Source of the DNA: Gemmatimonadota bacterium
GTDB lineage: Bacteria; Gemmatimonadota; Gemmatimonadetes; Longimicrobiales; Gaopeijiaceae
Reading direction: 5' to 3'
Length of the DNA: 64,000 nt
Assembly: GCA_034521595.1 (NCBI GenBank)
Contig: JAXHMG010000003.1
Location: forward strand, 768,001 to 832,000
In this document: in pieces, positions 49,119 through 59,261 of the stretch
Position numbering within the stretch: position 1 is the first letter of the stretch
Layout of the letters: every line of letters starts with the position of its first letter
Notes under the pieces: generated by a model
Databases searched by the model: none
Seen by the model: the letters and a program-made list of their open reading frames with translations, nothing else
Told to the model about the DNA's origin: nothing
Position numbers and translations under genes: made by a program

Positions 49119-49715
49119 ATGATCAACGCAAAAGACGTGAAACAGCTCCGCGATATGACCGGCGCGGGGATGATGGATTGCAAGAAGGCGCTGGAGGAGA
49201 CCGAAGGAGATGTCGACAAGGCGGTCGATCTCCTGCGGGCGAAGGGAGCTTCGAAGGCGGCAAAGCGCGCGGACAAGGCGGCCAACGAAGGGACCATCGG
49301 AAGTTACGTGCACTTCGATGACAAGACGGCCGTGATCGTCGAGTTGAACTGCGAGACCGACTTCGTGGCGAACACGGACGACTTCAAGGGGCTCGCACGG
49401 GATCTCGCGCTGCACATCGCTTCGATGGCCCCGCTCGCGATCTCCAAGGACGACATCCCGGACGATGTCGTCGACCGTGAGAAAAGGGTCTTCCTCGAAC
49501 AGGTGAAAGAGGAAGGGAAGCCGGACAACATTGCGGAGAAGATCGTCGCGGGTAAGCTCGAGAAGTTCTTCAAGGAAAACACGCTGCTCGCGCAACCGTT
49601 CGTGAAGGATCAGGACAAGACGATCGAGGAGCTCATCACGGAGGTCGCGGCCCTCACCGGAGAGAAGATCGAGGTGGCGCGTTTCGCACGCTTCAGGGTG
49701 GGCGAAAGCGATTGA
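49119..49715 (+). CDS. tsf: Elongation factor Ts, short form
   Basis: VKQLRDMTGAGMMDCKKAL, ELNCETDFVA, LLAQPFVKD; 198 aa. Confidence 0.96.
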   Translation: MINAKDVKQLRDMTGAGMMDCKKALEETEGDVDKAVDLLRAKGASKAAKRADKAANEGTIGSYVHFDDKTAVIVELNCETDFVANTDDFKGLARDLALHIASMAPLAISKDDIPDDVVDREKRVFLEQVKEEGKPDNIAEKIVAGKLEKFFKENTLLAQPFVKDQDKTIEELITEVAALTGEKIEVARFARFRVGESD

Positions 49716-49758
49716 CCCCGTTCCGGTCGCGAGACCCAACCAACCTGGAGGAGACGGC

Positions 49759-50484
49759 ATGAGCGCAGACGGTGAAGACCTGCGATACCGCCGGGTGCTC
49801 TTGAAGCTCTCCGGCGAAGCGCTGGCCGGAAACCGGGGCTTCGGGATCGAGCCTTCCGTCGTGGGCCAGTTGACCGACGAGATCCGTTCCCTCGTCGAGA
49901 TGGGGGTCTCGCTCGGCGTGGTCATCGGCGGTGGGAATATCGTGCGGGGCGCCATCGCTTCGCGCGAGGGAATGGACCGGGTGCAGGCCGACTACATGGG
50001 GATGCTGTCCACGGTCATCAATGCGTTGGCCGTCCAGGACCTGCTCGAGCACAAGAATGTCGAAGTCAGGGTGATGACCGCGATCCGCATGGACGAGGTC
50101 GCCGAGCCGTATATTCGGCGTCGGGCGATGCGCCATATGGAGTTGGGCCGTGTGGTCCTGTTCGCCGGTGGGACAGGCAACCCCTACTTCTCGACGGATA
50201 CCGCGGCGGTTCTCCGAGCGATCGAGATGGAGTCCGACGTGGTGATCAAGGCGACGAAGGTTCAAGGGGTTTTCACGGCGGATCCGGCCAAAGACCCCGA
50301 TGCCGAGTTCATCCCGCACATTACCTTTCAGGAGGTGATGTCGCGAGAGCTCGCGGTGATGGACCAGGCCGCGGTCTCCCTGTGCAAAGAGAACGGGCTT
50401 CCGATCATCGTCCTCAACCTCGAGCACCGGGGTGCGGTGGCGAGCGCGATCCGTGGTGAGCATATCGGAACCCTTGTAACGTAG
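49759..50484 (+). CDS. pyrH: UMP kinase
   Basis: RVLLKLSGEAL, GGGNIVRG, DYMGML.TV.N, GNPYFSTDTAA. Confidence 0.97.
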   Translation: MSADGEDLRYRRVLLKLSGEALAGNRGFGIEPSVVGQLTDEIRSLVEMGVSLGVVIGGGNIVRGAIASREGMDRVQADYMGMLSTVINALAVQDLLEHKNVEVRVMTAIRMDEVAEPYIRRRAMRHMELGRVVLFAGGTGNPYFSTDTAAVLRAIEMESDVVIKATKVQGVFTADPAKDPDAEFIPHITFQEVMSRELAVMDQAAVSLCKENGLPIIVLNLEHRGAVASAIRGEHIGTLVT

Positions 50485-50576
50485 TCGACCGGACAGCATA
50501 CCCGTCCCTTCTCCCCGCTCGGGGGAGGCCCTTGCGTCGCGAGAGGGGGCTGACCGTCAGGAATCGGAGGGATTGG

Positions 50577-51128
50577 ATGCCGAACGTTGAGGATGCGAAA
50601 AAGCGGATGGAGGATGCGCTCGATGCGGTCCGCCGGGAGTTCGCGACGGTGCGAACCGGCAAGGCTTCGCCTGCGCTCCTCGACACCGTTCGGGTCGACG
50701 CCTACGGATCGAAGATCCCGTTGAACCAGGTCGCCACGGTGAACACGCCGGAGCCCACGCTGTTGGTCGTCCAGCCGTTCGACAAATCATTGATGGGAGA
50801 GATCGAGCGGGGCATTCAGGCCGCCGATCTCGGCCTGAATCCCGCGAACGACGGGAACGTGATCCGGGTACCCGTACCTTCCCTCAACGAGGAGCGGCGC
50901 AAGGAGTACGTGAAGTTGCTGCACAAGATGGCCGAAGACGGGCGGATATCGATTCGCCACGCTCGGCGTAACATTCGCGAGGACGTGCAGAAGCTCGTCA
51001 AGGAGCACGAGATCGGTGAGGACGAGGGACGTCGACGCGAGGAAGCGCTCGAGAAGCTCACTCAGGAGTACACCGAGAAGATCGAAGAGCTGCTCGAGAA
51101 GAAGGAAGAGGAGATCATGGCGATCTGA
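50577..51128 (+). CDS. frr: Ribosome recycling factor
   Basis: RTGKASPALLD, LGLNPANDG, P.LNEERRKE; GGAGG Shine-Dalgarno upstream. Confidence 0.96.
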   Translation: MPNVEDAKKRMEDALDAVRREFATVRTGKASPALLDTVRVDAYGSKIPLNQVATVNTPEPTLLVVQPFDKSLMGEIERGIQAADLGLNPANDGNVIRVPVPSLNEERRKEYVKLLHKMAEDGRISIRHARRNIREDVQKLVKEHEIGEDEGRRREEALEKLTQEYTEKIEELLEKKEEEIMAI

Positions 51129-51217
51129 CGGTCGCCATCGTGAACCTTGCGCCACGCACCCTTGGGGTCCGCCGCGCGCCGGTCGACTCGAGGCTGCCGC
51201 ACGAGTGAGGGGGGCTG

Positions 51218-52102
51218 ATGGCTCGCGGTGAGCTCGCCCGGCGCTGGGCGGTGGCCCTCGTCGGTGTGCCGGTCGTCGTGGCCGTCCTTTACGTCGGCTC
51301 GTGGGCGCTGGCTTTGGTCCTCGGTCTCGCGGCCGGAATCGGTGCGGACGAGTGCTACCGCCTCGCGCGGCAGAAGGGGGTCCGTGCGGTTCGCCGGATC
51401 GGAATTCTCGCGACGGCCGCGGTGCCGGTGCTCGCATCCGTGACGCCGTCGGTCGAGGCCTTCGCGACGGCCGCCGTGGCGCTCCTCACCGTTGGCGTGC
51501 TCGTGACCCTGATGAGCGTCACCTTCGAGAACCGGGAGGGTGAAGGGCCGCTCATCACCGTGGCCGCCACGTTGTTGGCGCCTCTGTATATCGGATTGCC
51601 GCTGGCCATGATCCCGCTCCTGCTCATCCTTCCCGATTCGGCCCGTTGGGTCGGCGCGGCGGCTTCGCCGTGGGCCGGAGTCGCCATGGTGGCGCTGCCT
51701 CTCACTGCCACCTGGGTCGGCGACGCTACGGCGTTTTTCGCGGGTTCTGCCTGGGGACGACGCCGGTTGGCTCCACGCATCAGCCCGAACAAGAGCTGGG
51801 AGGGAGCTTTCGCCGGCGTGGGGGGGGCTGCGGTAGGGAGTATCGCGTGGTTGTGGGTGGTGTCGGCGGTGCTGCCCGCGATTCCGCTTTCCATGTTCGG
51901 TGTCGCGCTAGTGGGGGGCTTGTTGGGTGTGGCTGCCATCGTGGGCGACCTCGTGGAGTCCGTGCTGAAGCGGGACGCCGGTGTGAAGGACTCGGGCTCC
52001 CTGCTTCCGGGTCACGGGGGCGTGCTGGATCGCATCGACGCCCTCCTGTTCACGTTGCCCGTATCGTACGGGTTGCTGCGTGTGATGGAGTCGTTCGGAT
52101 GA
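51218..52102 (+). CDS. cdsA: Phosphatidate cytidylyltransferase
   Basis: ISPNKSWEG, GDLVESVLKRDAGVKDSG.LLPGHGGVLDRID. Confidence 0.93.
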   Translation: MARGELARRWAVALVGVPVVVAVLYVGSWALALVLGLAAGIGADECYRLARQKGVRAVRRIGILATAAVPVLASVTPSVEAFATAAVALLTVGVLVTLMSVTFENREGEGPLITVAATLLAPLYIGLPLAMIPLLLILPDSARWVGAAASPWAGVAMVALPLTATWVGDATAFFAGSAWGRRRLAPRISPNKSWEGAFAGVGGAAVGSIAWLWVVSAVLPAIPLSMFGVALVGGLLGVAAIVGDLVESVLKRDAGVKDSGSLLPGHGGVLDRIDALLFTLPVSYGLLRVMESFG

Positions 52103-53271
52103 TCCGCGTGGCGATTCTCGGGTCCACCGGGTCCATCGGTCGTAGCGCGCTGGAGATGATCTCCCGCAACCGGGAGTCCTTCGACGTGGTGGCCCTGACG
52201 GCGCACCGGAATGCGGATCTGTTGGAGGAGCAGGTGCGTCACTTCGCGCCACGCGTGGCCGTGCTGGCGGACGACAGGGAGCGTCTTCCGCCGCAATCCG
52301 GAAGGACGCGGTGGCACGGTGGCCGCGAGGCGCTCGTGGAGGTCGCGGGCCGCGAGGACGTGGATGTCGTCGTGAACGCGCTGGTCGGCGCGACCGGTCT
52401 CGAGCCGTCTCTCGCCGCCCTCGACGCGGGCCACCGACTCGCTTTGGCGAACAAGGAGTCCCTGGTCGCCGGTGGAGAGATCGTGCTGAAGGCCTGTCGT
52501 CGAGGGGGCGGGGAGATCGTGCCGATCGATTCGGAGCACAGCGCGATTCTGCAATGTCTGGATGGTCGGTCGCCCGAAAGCGTGCAACGGGTCGTGCTCA
52601 CCGCGTCGGGAGGACCGTTCAGAGGGTGGGGCGCGGACGTGCTCGGCGCGGTGCGCCCCGGGGACGCTCTGAACCATCCCACCTGGGACATGGGCGCGAA
52701 GATCTCGATCGACTCTGCTACGCTGGCGAACAAGGCGCTGGAGGTCATCGAGGCGCACTATCTGTACGGGCTCCCCTATGACCGGATCGACGCGGTCGTC
52801 CATCCCCAGTCCATCGTGCACTCCTTCGTGGAGTTCGTGGATGGATCCGTGCTCGCCCAGATGGGGTTTCCGACCATGGAGTTGCCCATCATGTACGCGT
52901 TGAGCTACCCGGCCCGAGTGAACGATCCCGAGCTTCGGACGTATGATCCCGTGGGCGCATCTCCGCTCACGTTCGAAGAGATCGACCACGGCGCGTTTCC
53001 GTTGTTTTCGTTGGGGTGCGAGGCCGGACGCAAGGGGCGGGCTGCTCCTGCGGCCTATAACGCCGCGAACGAGGTGGCGGTTCGGGCATTCCTGGATGAA
53101 CGAGTTAGGTTTACTGACATGGTGGATATCGTGAGGGAAGCCGTCGAGCGCGTTGGAACCGCGGAGGTTCGCGACGTCGAGGACGTGCTCGAGGTCGACG
53201 CGCAGGCGCGCTCCGCGGCGATTGCGGCGGAGGGACGGATCCTCGCGGCCAGGACGGGAATGCCTTCATGA
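52099..53271 (+). CDS. dxr: 1-deoxy-D-xylulose-5-phosphate reductoisomerase
   Basis: ILGSTGSIG, LANKESLV, PIDSEHSA, LTASGGPF, HPTWDMG.KISIDSAT, NAANE. Confidence 0.96.
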   Translation: MIRVAILGSTGSIGRSALEMISRNRESFDVVALTAHRNADLLEEQVRHFAPRVAVLADDRERLPPQSGRTRWHGGREALVEVAGREDVDVVVNALVGATGLEPSLAALDAGHRLALANKESLVAGGEIVLKACRRGGGEIVPIDSEHSAILQCLDGRSPESVQRVVLTASGGPFRGWGADVLGAVRPGDALNHPTWDMGAKISIDSATLANKALEVIEAHYLYGLPYDRIDAVVHPQSIVHSFVEFVDGSVLAQMGFPTMELPIMYALSYPARVNDPELRTYDPVGASPLTFEEIDHGAFPLFSLGCEAGRKGRAAPAAYNAANEVAVRAFLDERVRFTDMVDIVREAVERVGTAEVRDVEDVLEVDAQARSAAIAAEGRILAARTGMPS

Positions 53272-54626
53272 CGATTCTCGCGACCATCATCGTGCTCGGA
53301 GTGCTCATCTTCGTGCACGAGCTGGGACATTTCGCGGCTGCCAAAGCCGTGGGCGTGGAAGTTCAACGGTTTTCGATCGGGCTCGGGCCGAAGGTGCTGG
53401 GATTCCAGCGTGGCGAGACCGAATACGTGCTGAGCGCGATTCCGTTGGGCGGATATGTGAAGATGGGCGGTATGGATGACGAGGTGATGGAGCGCCTCGA
53501 AGGTGGTGCGACCGATGCGCCTCGCATACCGAACGAGCGTGATTTCGACGCGAAGCCGATCTGGGCGCGCGCGTTCGTGATCTCGGCCGGGGTGATCATG
53601 AACATGCTGTTCGCCTTTGGAACCTACGGCTTTCTCGCCGTCAACTACGGCGTACCCGAGTACGATTCCACTCGCGTCGGGGCGGTGGTCGAGGAGTCCC
53701 TCCCCGCCGGTACGGAAGCGCTCGCGAGCCTCGATGCGGGGAGTCGCGTGCTCCGGGTGGGCGATGCGGAGACCGAGCACTGGGGCGATGTGCAGCGCCT
53801 GATTTTGAACGCCGAGGCCGGTCCGCTCACGATCGCGTTCGCCGAGCCCTCGCGAGAGGTCGAGATTCGCGTGCCCGAAGGACCCGAGGAGCGTCGTGAC
53901 CTCGTGGGCGCCATCTCGGCGTGGATCGAGGCTGGGGTCGGAGCGGTGAACCCGGGCTCGCCGGCGGACGAAGCCGGGCTCGAAGCAGGCGACCGCATCG
54001 TGGCCGTGGCGGGGGAGTCGGTCGAGAATTGGTGGGAGTTCGTGGAGGAGGTCGAAGCACGACCGGGCGAGCGCGTGGAGCTCACGATCGTGCGGGAGGG
54101 GCGGGAGCTCATACGCGCCGTCACGTTGGATTCCGCCACCGAGACCCGTCCCGACGGGACGACGGTTGAGGTGGGGCGAGCTGGCGTGTACCCGCCGCAG
54201 CTCGCCACGACCTACCGTGACGTTCCGGTCCGTGAAGCCGTGGCGTACGGGTATCGGGAGACGGTGGGGGTGACCGGAATGATCGTCGGCTTCCTCGGGG
54301 ATCTCGTCACCGGCAATATCTCGCCGCGCTCCATGGGGAGCATCGTCACGATCGGTGAGGCGTCGGGACAGGCTGCCGCGGCCGGCTTCGATCAGTTTCT
54401 GCGGTTCATGGCCCTGTTCAGTGTGAACCTCGCCGTGCTGAACCTGCTGCCGATTCCGGTGCTCGACGGTGGGCACTTGGTGTTCCTCGGCATCGAAGCG
54501 GTGCGCGGTGGCCGTGGTCTCACGGTGGAGCAGCGCCTGAAGTGGAGCAACGTCGGGTTCCTCATCGTCGTGGGCATCATGGTCTGGGCGCTGTCGAACG
54601 ACTTCCTGAGGCTTTTGGGGATGTAA
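53268..54626 (+). CDS. rseP: RIP metalloprotease RseP
   Basis: HELGH, PLGGYVKM, two PDZ domains, NLLPIPVLDGG. Confidence 0.95.
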   Translation: MTILATIIVLGVLIFVHELGHFAAAKAVGVEVQRFSIGLGPKVLGFQRGETEYVLSAIPLGGYVKMGGMDDEVMERLEGGATDAPRIPNERDFDAKPIWARAFVISAGVIMNMLFAFGTYGFLAVNYGVPEYDSTRVGAVVEESLPAGTEALASLDAGSRVLRVGDAETEHWGDVQRLILNAEAGPLTIAFAEPSREVEIRVPEGPEERRDLVGAISAWIEAGVGAVNPGSPADEAGLEAGDRIVAVAGESVENWWEFVEEVEARPGERVELTIVREGRELIRAVTLDSATETRPDGTTVEVGRAGVYPPQLATTYRDVPVREAVAYGYRETVGVTGMIVGFLGDLVTGNISPRSMGSIVTIGEASGQAAAAGFDQFLRFMALFSVNLAVLNLLPIPVLDGGHLVFLGIEAVRGGRGLTVEQRLKWSNVGFLIVVGIMVWALSNDFLRLLGM

Positions 54627-54662
54627 CGGGTGAGGTAGTGCGCCTGCTCCGGGCCGCCGCCT

Positions 54663-55484
54663 TCAGAGTAGGGTGAGTTGGGACGGGCCGGTGCGGTGGC
54701 GAAGCGCGGCCACGTCGAAGAGCGGAGTCGGCGCGTCCTGGGTCGCGACTTCTAGGTGGCCTTGCCATCCTGCTCGGGAGAGGGCCTTGCCGACCACTGC
54801 CCGGGCGATATCGGGGCGATTGGCCTGCCGGGACAGGTGAGCGAGAACCACGCACATGAGGCGGGGATGGAGTAGCTCACACGCGAGCTGCGCCGCGGCT
54901 TGGTTGGACAGGTGGCCGTGGCTCGACGTGATGCGGCGCTTCACGGAGGCCGGATAGGAGCACTCGTGCAGGAGCACTTCGTCGTGGTTGGCCTCCAGCA
55001 CGAGAATGTCGCAGCCGGCCAGGGCGTGCCGGCTCTGAGCGTTCGGGCGCCCCAAGTCGGTCGCCACGCCCAAGCGCGTGCCGGTTCTCGGATCCGACAC
55101 GGTGACCCCGACCGGGTCCGCCGCGTCGTGCACCGTGATGTACGGCTCGATGCGGAGCGAGCCGACGTGGAATGCCCGGTTCGCACGGTATTCGACGATG
55201 CGCTCCGTGCCCGTGAGGAGTCGGTCGCATGCCTGCCGGGTAGTTTCGGTCATGTACAGGGGGGTGCCGTGCCGACGGGCGAAGACGCCCATGCCTCGGG
55301 TGTGATCCCCGTGGTCGTGCGTGACGACGATCCCGTGGACCTGTTCGGGCGAGAACTCCAACGCCTCGAGCCTCTGGGCGATGCGCCGTGCGCTGAACCC
55401 GGCGTCCACCAGGACGTTGGTATCTTCGGCCGAGGCCAGCACGGAGTTTCCTTCGCTGCCGCTTCCCAGGACGGCGACCCTCAT
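54663..55484 (-). CDS. MBL-fold hydrolase, YycJ/WalJ-like
   Basis: LGSGSEGN, THDHGDH, HDAADP, TDLG, LEANHD, GHLSN, LAHLS. Confidence 0.85.
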   Translation of the reverse strand: MRVAVLGSGSEGNSVLASAEDTNVLVDAGFSARRIAQRLEALEFSPEQVHGIVVTHDHGDHTRGMGVFARRHGTPLYMTETTRQACDRLLTGTERIVEYRANRAFHVGSLRIEPYITVHDAADPVGVTVSDPRTGTRLGVATDLGRPNAQSRHALAGCDILVLEANHDEVLLHECSYPASVKRRITSSHGHLSNQAAAQLACELLHPRLMCVVLAHLSRQANRPDIARAVVGKALSRAGWQGHLEVATQDAPTPLFDVAALRHRTGPSQLTLL

Positions 55485-55491
55485 GGCGTCG

Positions 55492-56733
55492 TCATGCCCC
55501 GCTCGGCTGGTGGGTGCGGCGGATCTCGACCGTGTCGTACCAAGCTTGCTCGAGCAGGGCGCGGGCGTCCGGAGTGAGCACGACGTCCCTCCTGCCCATC
55601 GCGCGCTCGGCGCTCTCCAGGAATTTGTCCAAGCGGTAGTCGGTGAGATCCGAGCCGGAACCCCAACTGAACGGGGGCACCATGACCGGCGGCATCGCTC
55701 CTCCGAACAGGTTGCTGCCGGCTCCCACCACGGTTCCGGTGTTCAGCACCGTACCGATCCCCGTCTTCACGTGGTCGCCCAGGAAGCAGCCGACCTTCAT
55801 GAGCCCCGTGTCGGTGGGGCCGGCGGGTGTCCAGACCGCCACCGAGCCGTAGTTGTTCTTGAGGTCCGAGTTGGTCGTCAGCGCTCCGAGGTTGACCCAG
55901 CGGCCGAGGAGGGCGTGTCCCATGTAACCGTCGTGGGCTTTGTTCACGTAACCGAGCAGGACCGAGTCGGCGACCTCGCCCCGCACCTTGCAGATCGGAC
56001 CGATGGAGGAGCGTTCCACGTGTCCCCCGAGCACGGTGCTGCCCGAGCCGATGTGGAGGGGGCCCACGAGCCGGGCGGGTGCCTCGACGCGCGCCCCGGC
56101 CTCCAGCCGCACGGGGCCGCCCCGGAGGTCCACGACGACGCCGGGCTCCATCTCCGCGCCGGACGCGATCGAGAGCCTTCCCTCGCCCACCCGGTGCACA
56201 CCCGGGAGGGAGGCAGTGTCCGACCACAGCGCTTCGGCGTCGCGCCTTATCCGGTCCGGGTTCCGACGCACCAGATCCCACGGCGCTTCGAGAATCTCAC
56301 CGGAGAGCTCGACCTCTTCCGGGTGCTCTCCGGGCTCCGCGGTCGTGTCGAGGAGGGAGGCGTCGGATGGAAACGCACTGCCGTCCGGGATGATCCACCC
56401 GACCGTCTCTCCAGCCACCACGAGTCGAGCCGGACCTTCGGGCAGGGGCGCGTCGCGGAGGTCGAGTGCGCAGCGGCTCGTGAGGAGTACGCTCCCTCCT
56501 TCGAGTCCACGCGCTACCTCGGGCGGGATCGTTCCGGGGGCTTCGACTTCGTCATAGCGAGCGAGGCCGTCTCGCGTGAGATGGCCCTCGCACCGGAGAC
56601 CCAAGGCGCGCTCGGCGCGGGCTCTCAGGGTCATGGAGCCGAAGAGGATCTCACCCGCCGGTCGGGTGGTGGTGAACGGCTCCCATGACCGTGCACGCGC
56701 ATCGTCGAACAGGAGAAGTCTGCGGTGGCTCAA
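55492..56733 (-). CDS. GlmU-like sugar nucleotidyltransferase/acetyltransferase (alternative bacterial GlmU type)
   Basis: PFTTTRP N-terminus; hexapeptide beta-helix with NKAHDGYMGH, NLGA.TTNSDLKN, GDHVKTGIG. Confidence 0.8.
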   Translation of the reverse strand: MSHRRLLLFDDARARSWEPFTTTRPAGEILFGSMTLRARAERALGLRCEGHLTRDGLARYDEVEAPGTIPPEVARGLEGGSVLLTSRCALDLRDAPLPEGPARLVVAGETVGWIIPDGSAFPSDASLLDTTAEPGEHPEEVELSGEILEAPWDLVRRNPDRIRRDAEALWSDTASLPGVHRVGEGRLSIASGAEMEPGVVVDLRGGPVRLEAGARVEAPARLVGPLHIGSGSTVLGGHVERSSIGPICKVRGEVADSVLLGYVNKAHDGYMGHALLGRWVNLGALTTNSDLKNNYGSVAVWTPAGPTDTGLMKVGCFLGDHVKTGIGTVLNTGTVVGAGSNLFGGAMPPVMVPPFSWGSGSDLTDYRLDKFLESAERAMGRRDVVLTPDARALLEQAWYDTVEIRRTHQPSGA

Positions 56734-56784
56734 ATCGACGGACCCCTCGAACGGGGGGAGCCGCGAAAGAGGGACTGTCTGTCG

Positions 56785-57189
56785 TCAGGGTGCATCGAAA
56801 ATCTCGTGGATCCTGGCCAGGAGCTTCATCGGGCTGAAGGGCTTCGTCACGAAATCGACCGCGCCTCCGGCCAGCGCCAGATCGCGGTCGGTGTCCTGCC
56901 CCTTGGCCGTCAGGATGATGACGGGGATTCCCGTGCCGTCCGGGTCCGAGCGGATCTGGGCAAGCACCTCGAGCCCGTTGGCTCCAGGCATCATCAAGTC
57001 CAAGAGAACCAGGTCGGGCGCGTTCTCCGTGATGGACGACAATCCTTCGGCGCCGTCACACGCTTCCGTTACCCGAAACCCTTCGGCTTCCAACCGCGCG
57101 GAGAGGAGGCGGCGGATGTGCGGCTCGTCGTCGACGATGAGGATCCGCTTGGGAGACACCGCGCGGCGTTCGTCCGACACCGTTCGCAC
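56785..57189 (-). CDS. Single-domain response regulator
   Basis: ILIVDDE, DLVLLDLMMP, ILTAKG, KPFSP; no output domain. Confidence 0.9.
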   Translation of the reverse strand: MRTVSDERRAVSPKRILIVDDEPHIRRLLSARLEAEGFRVTEACDGAEGLSSITENAPDLVLLDLMMPGANGLEVLAQIRSDPDGTGIPVIILTAKGQDTDRDLALAGGAVDFVTKPFSPMKLLARIHEIFDAP

Positions 57190-57371
57190 CTCGCTCGGGA
57201 AAGAGAACGCGTTCCCGTCGCACGCATTCGAGCATGCCCGTCGGGATGCGGCGGGAACCTACCCGGCGGCCGGGGTAAAGTCAAGCAATCCAAGGGCTTT
57301 TCGGGGTTGACCGACGTTCGGGCTCCCGACAAGTTCTCGGGCCTGTGAAGCCCCCGTGCCGGTACCCGAAT

Positions 57372-57956
57372 GTGACTAACGAACTGCGTTCCGGGCGTCC
57401 CCATGCGCCCAAGCTCGCCGCTCTCGCTGCGGTCTTTACCCTTGGACTCGCCGCCTGTGGAGGCGATCCCTTCTCGTTCAATTGGAGTGACGAGCCGGAC
57501 ACGGTCGTGTTGCACTCCCTGGCACGACCCGAGATGAATCTCCTTTCCGGGTATAACTTCTTCGAAGGCTCGCGTGTGCCGATCGAGTCGCCCAACGCCA
57601 CGGGAGCGTGGGACGTGGCGCTTGATACGCGCGGGGACGAAATGGTCTTTCTGCCACCGGGTGCATTGGGCGTGAGCTCGCGGGCGAGAATCGCGGTGCT
57701 GGAAGGACTCGGGCTGGATGACGTCGTGGAAGCTCCGAACGATAGCACGGAATTCGTGTCGGACGTGCCCGTTACGATCCGTCTGGGAACGACCTATGTG
57801 GTGAAAACCGGTCAGCGACGGGGCTCGTTCGGACGAAACTGCGTCTATTATGCGAAGCTCGAGCCGATTGCCCTCGACGTGGCGGATGGCCGGCTCACTT
57901 TCCATGAAGTGACCAACCCGGTCTGTAACAACCGTAGCCTCATACCGCCCGACTGA
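57372..57956 (+). CDS. Hypothetical lipoprotein (start uncertain, 57345 or 57372)
   Basis: Lipobox LAAC-G after a hydrophobic stretch; stop overlaps serS start (TGATG). Confidence 0.7.
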   Translation: MTNELRSGRPHAPKLAALAAVFTLGLAACGGDPFSFNWSDEPDTVVLHSLARPEMNLLSGYNFFEGSRVPIESPNATGAWDVALDTRGDEMVFLPPGALGVSSRARIAVLEGLGLDDVVEAPNDSTEFVSDVPVTIRLGTTYVVKTGQRRGSFGRNCVYYAKLEPIALDVADGRLTFHEVTNPVCNNRSLIPPD

Positions 57957-59236
57957 TGCTGGACCTGCGGTGGATTCGCCAGGACCCCGACGGAGTGCGG
58001 GAGGCGCTGGCCAAGCGTGATCCGGGCCTGTCGGACGCCATCGACCGTGTGCTGGCTCTCGACCAAGAGCGCCGGGACGCCCTGGGCACGGTGAACGAGC
58101 TCAAGGCTGAGAGGAACCGGTCTTCCAAGGCCATCGGGGAGCTCAAGCGCAAGGGGGAAGACGCGAGCGGACTGGTGGCCGAGATGCGTCGGGTCGGGGA
58201 GCGGATCGACGCCCTCGACGAGCAGGTGGGCCAATCCGAGGAACGCATCCGCGCGTTGCTCTTGGAGCTGCCGAACGCGCCGCTTCCCGAGGTTCCCGAA
58301 GGGACCGAGGACGACAACGTGGTGGCCGCGGTCGAGGGTGAGCCGAGCTCGTTCGACTTCGAGCCGAAGCCGCACTGGGAGATCGGCGAAGCCCTGGGAA
58401 TTCTGGATCTCCAGAGGGGATCGGTCGTCAGCGGGTCCGGTTTCACGGTGTTGCGCGGCGACGGCGCCCGTCTGCAGCGCGGACTCATCAATTTCTTTCT
58501 GGACGTGCACGTTCAGGAGCACGGATACGAAGAAGTTCGGGTTCCGTATCTCGTGAACCGAGAGTCCATGGTCGGCACCGGCCAACTCCCGAAGTTCGCT
58601 GAGGAGTCGTATCTGGCGGAGCGCGACGATCTGTGGCTCATCCCGACCGCCGAGGTGCCGGTCACCAACCTCTACCGGGACGAGCTCCTGGGCTTCGACG
58701 AACTTCCACTGAAGTTCACGGCCTACTCACCCTGCTTCCGGCGTGAGGCCGGTGCGGCGGGGAAGGACACGCGGGGTCTCTTGCGTGTGCATCAGTTCGA
58801 CAAGGTCGAGCTGGTGCGATACGAAGCACCGGAGCGGAGCGACGAGGCGCTCGGGGAGCTCCTTTCCGAGGCCGAGGTCCTGCTCCGGCGGCTCGGCCTA
58901 CATTACCGTCGGGTGTTGCTGGCGTCGGCGGATCTGGGGCAGAGCGGAGCCATGACGTACGACCTGGAGGTGTGGGCGCCCGGTGTCGGGCGGTGGCTCG
59001 AGGTGTCGAGCTGTACGACCTTCACGGATTACCAGGCTCGGCGCGCGAACATCCGCTTCCGGCGAACGCAATCCGAAAAACCGGAGTTCGTGCACACCTT
59101 GAACGGCTCCGCGCTCGCGCTCCCCCGCGTGGTTGCAGCGTTGCTGGAAACGTACCAGTGTGCGGACGGAAGCGTCGAGTTACCGGAGGTCCTGAACCGC
59201 TACACGGGACTCGAGCGGCTGTCCTCGTCCGGGTGA
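57956..59236 (+). CDS. serS: Serine--tRNA ligase
   Basis: MLDLRWIR, LIPTAEVP, CFRREAG, RVHQFDKVE, EVSSC, HTLNGSALA. Confidence 0.97.
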   Translation: MLDLRWIRQDPDGVREALAKRDPGLSDAIDRVLALDQERRDALGTVNELKAERNRSSKAIGELKRKGEDASGLVAEMRRVGERIDALDEQVGQSEERIRALLLELPNAPLPEVPEGTEDDNVVAAVEGEPSSFDFEPKPHWEIGEALGILDLQRGSVVSGSGFTVLRGDGARLQRGLINFFLDVHVQEHGYEEVRVPYLVNRESMVGTGQLPKFAEESYLAERDDLWLIPTAEVPVTNLYRDELLGFDELPLKFTAYSPCFRREAGAAGKDTRGLLRVHQFDKVELVRYEAPERSDEALGELLSEAEVLLRRLGLHYRRVLLASADLGQSGAMTYDLEVWAPGVGRWLEVSSCTTFTDYQARRANIRFRRTQSEKPEFVHTLNGSALALPRVVAALLETYQCADGSVELPEVLNRYTGLERLSSSG

Positions 59237-59261
59237 GGCGCGGGCTGCGTGCCGGGGCGCC

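Noticed and set aside
49119-49715. 198-aa EF-Ts as a truncated pseudogene
   Set aside because: Short EF-Ts forms are known, and N-terminal, TDFV and C-terminal motifs are intact.
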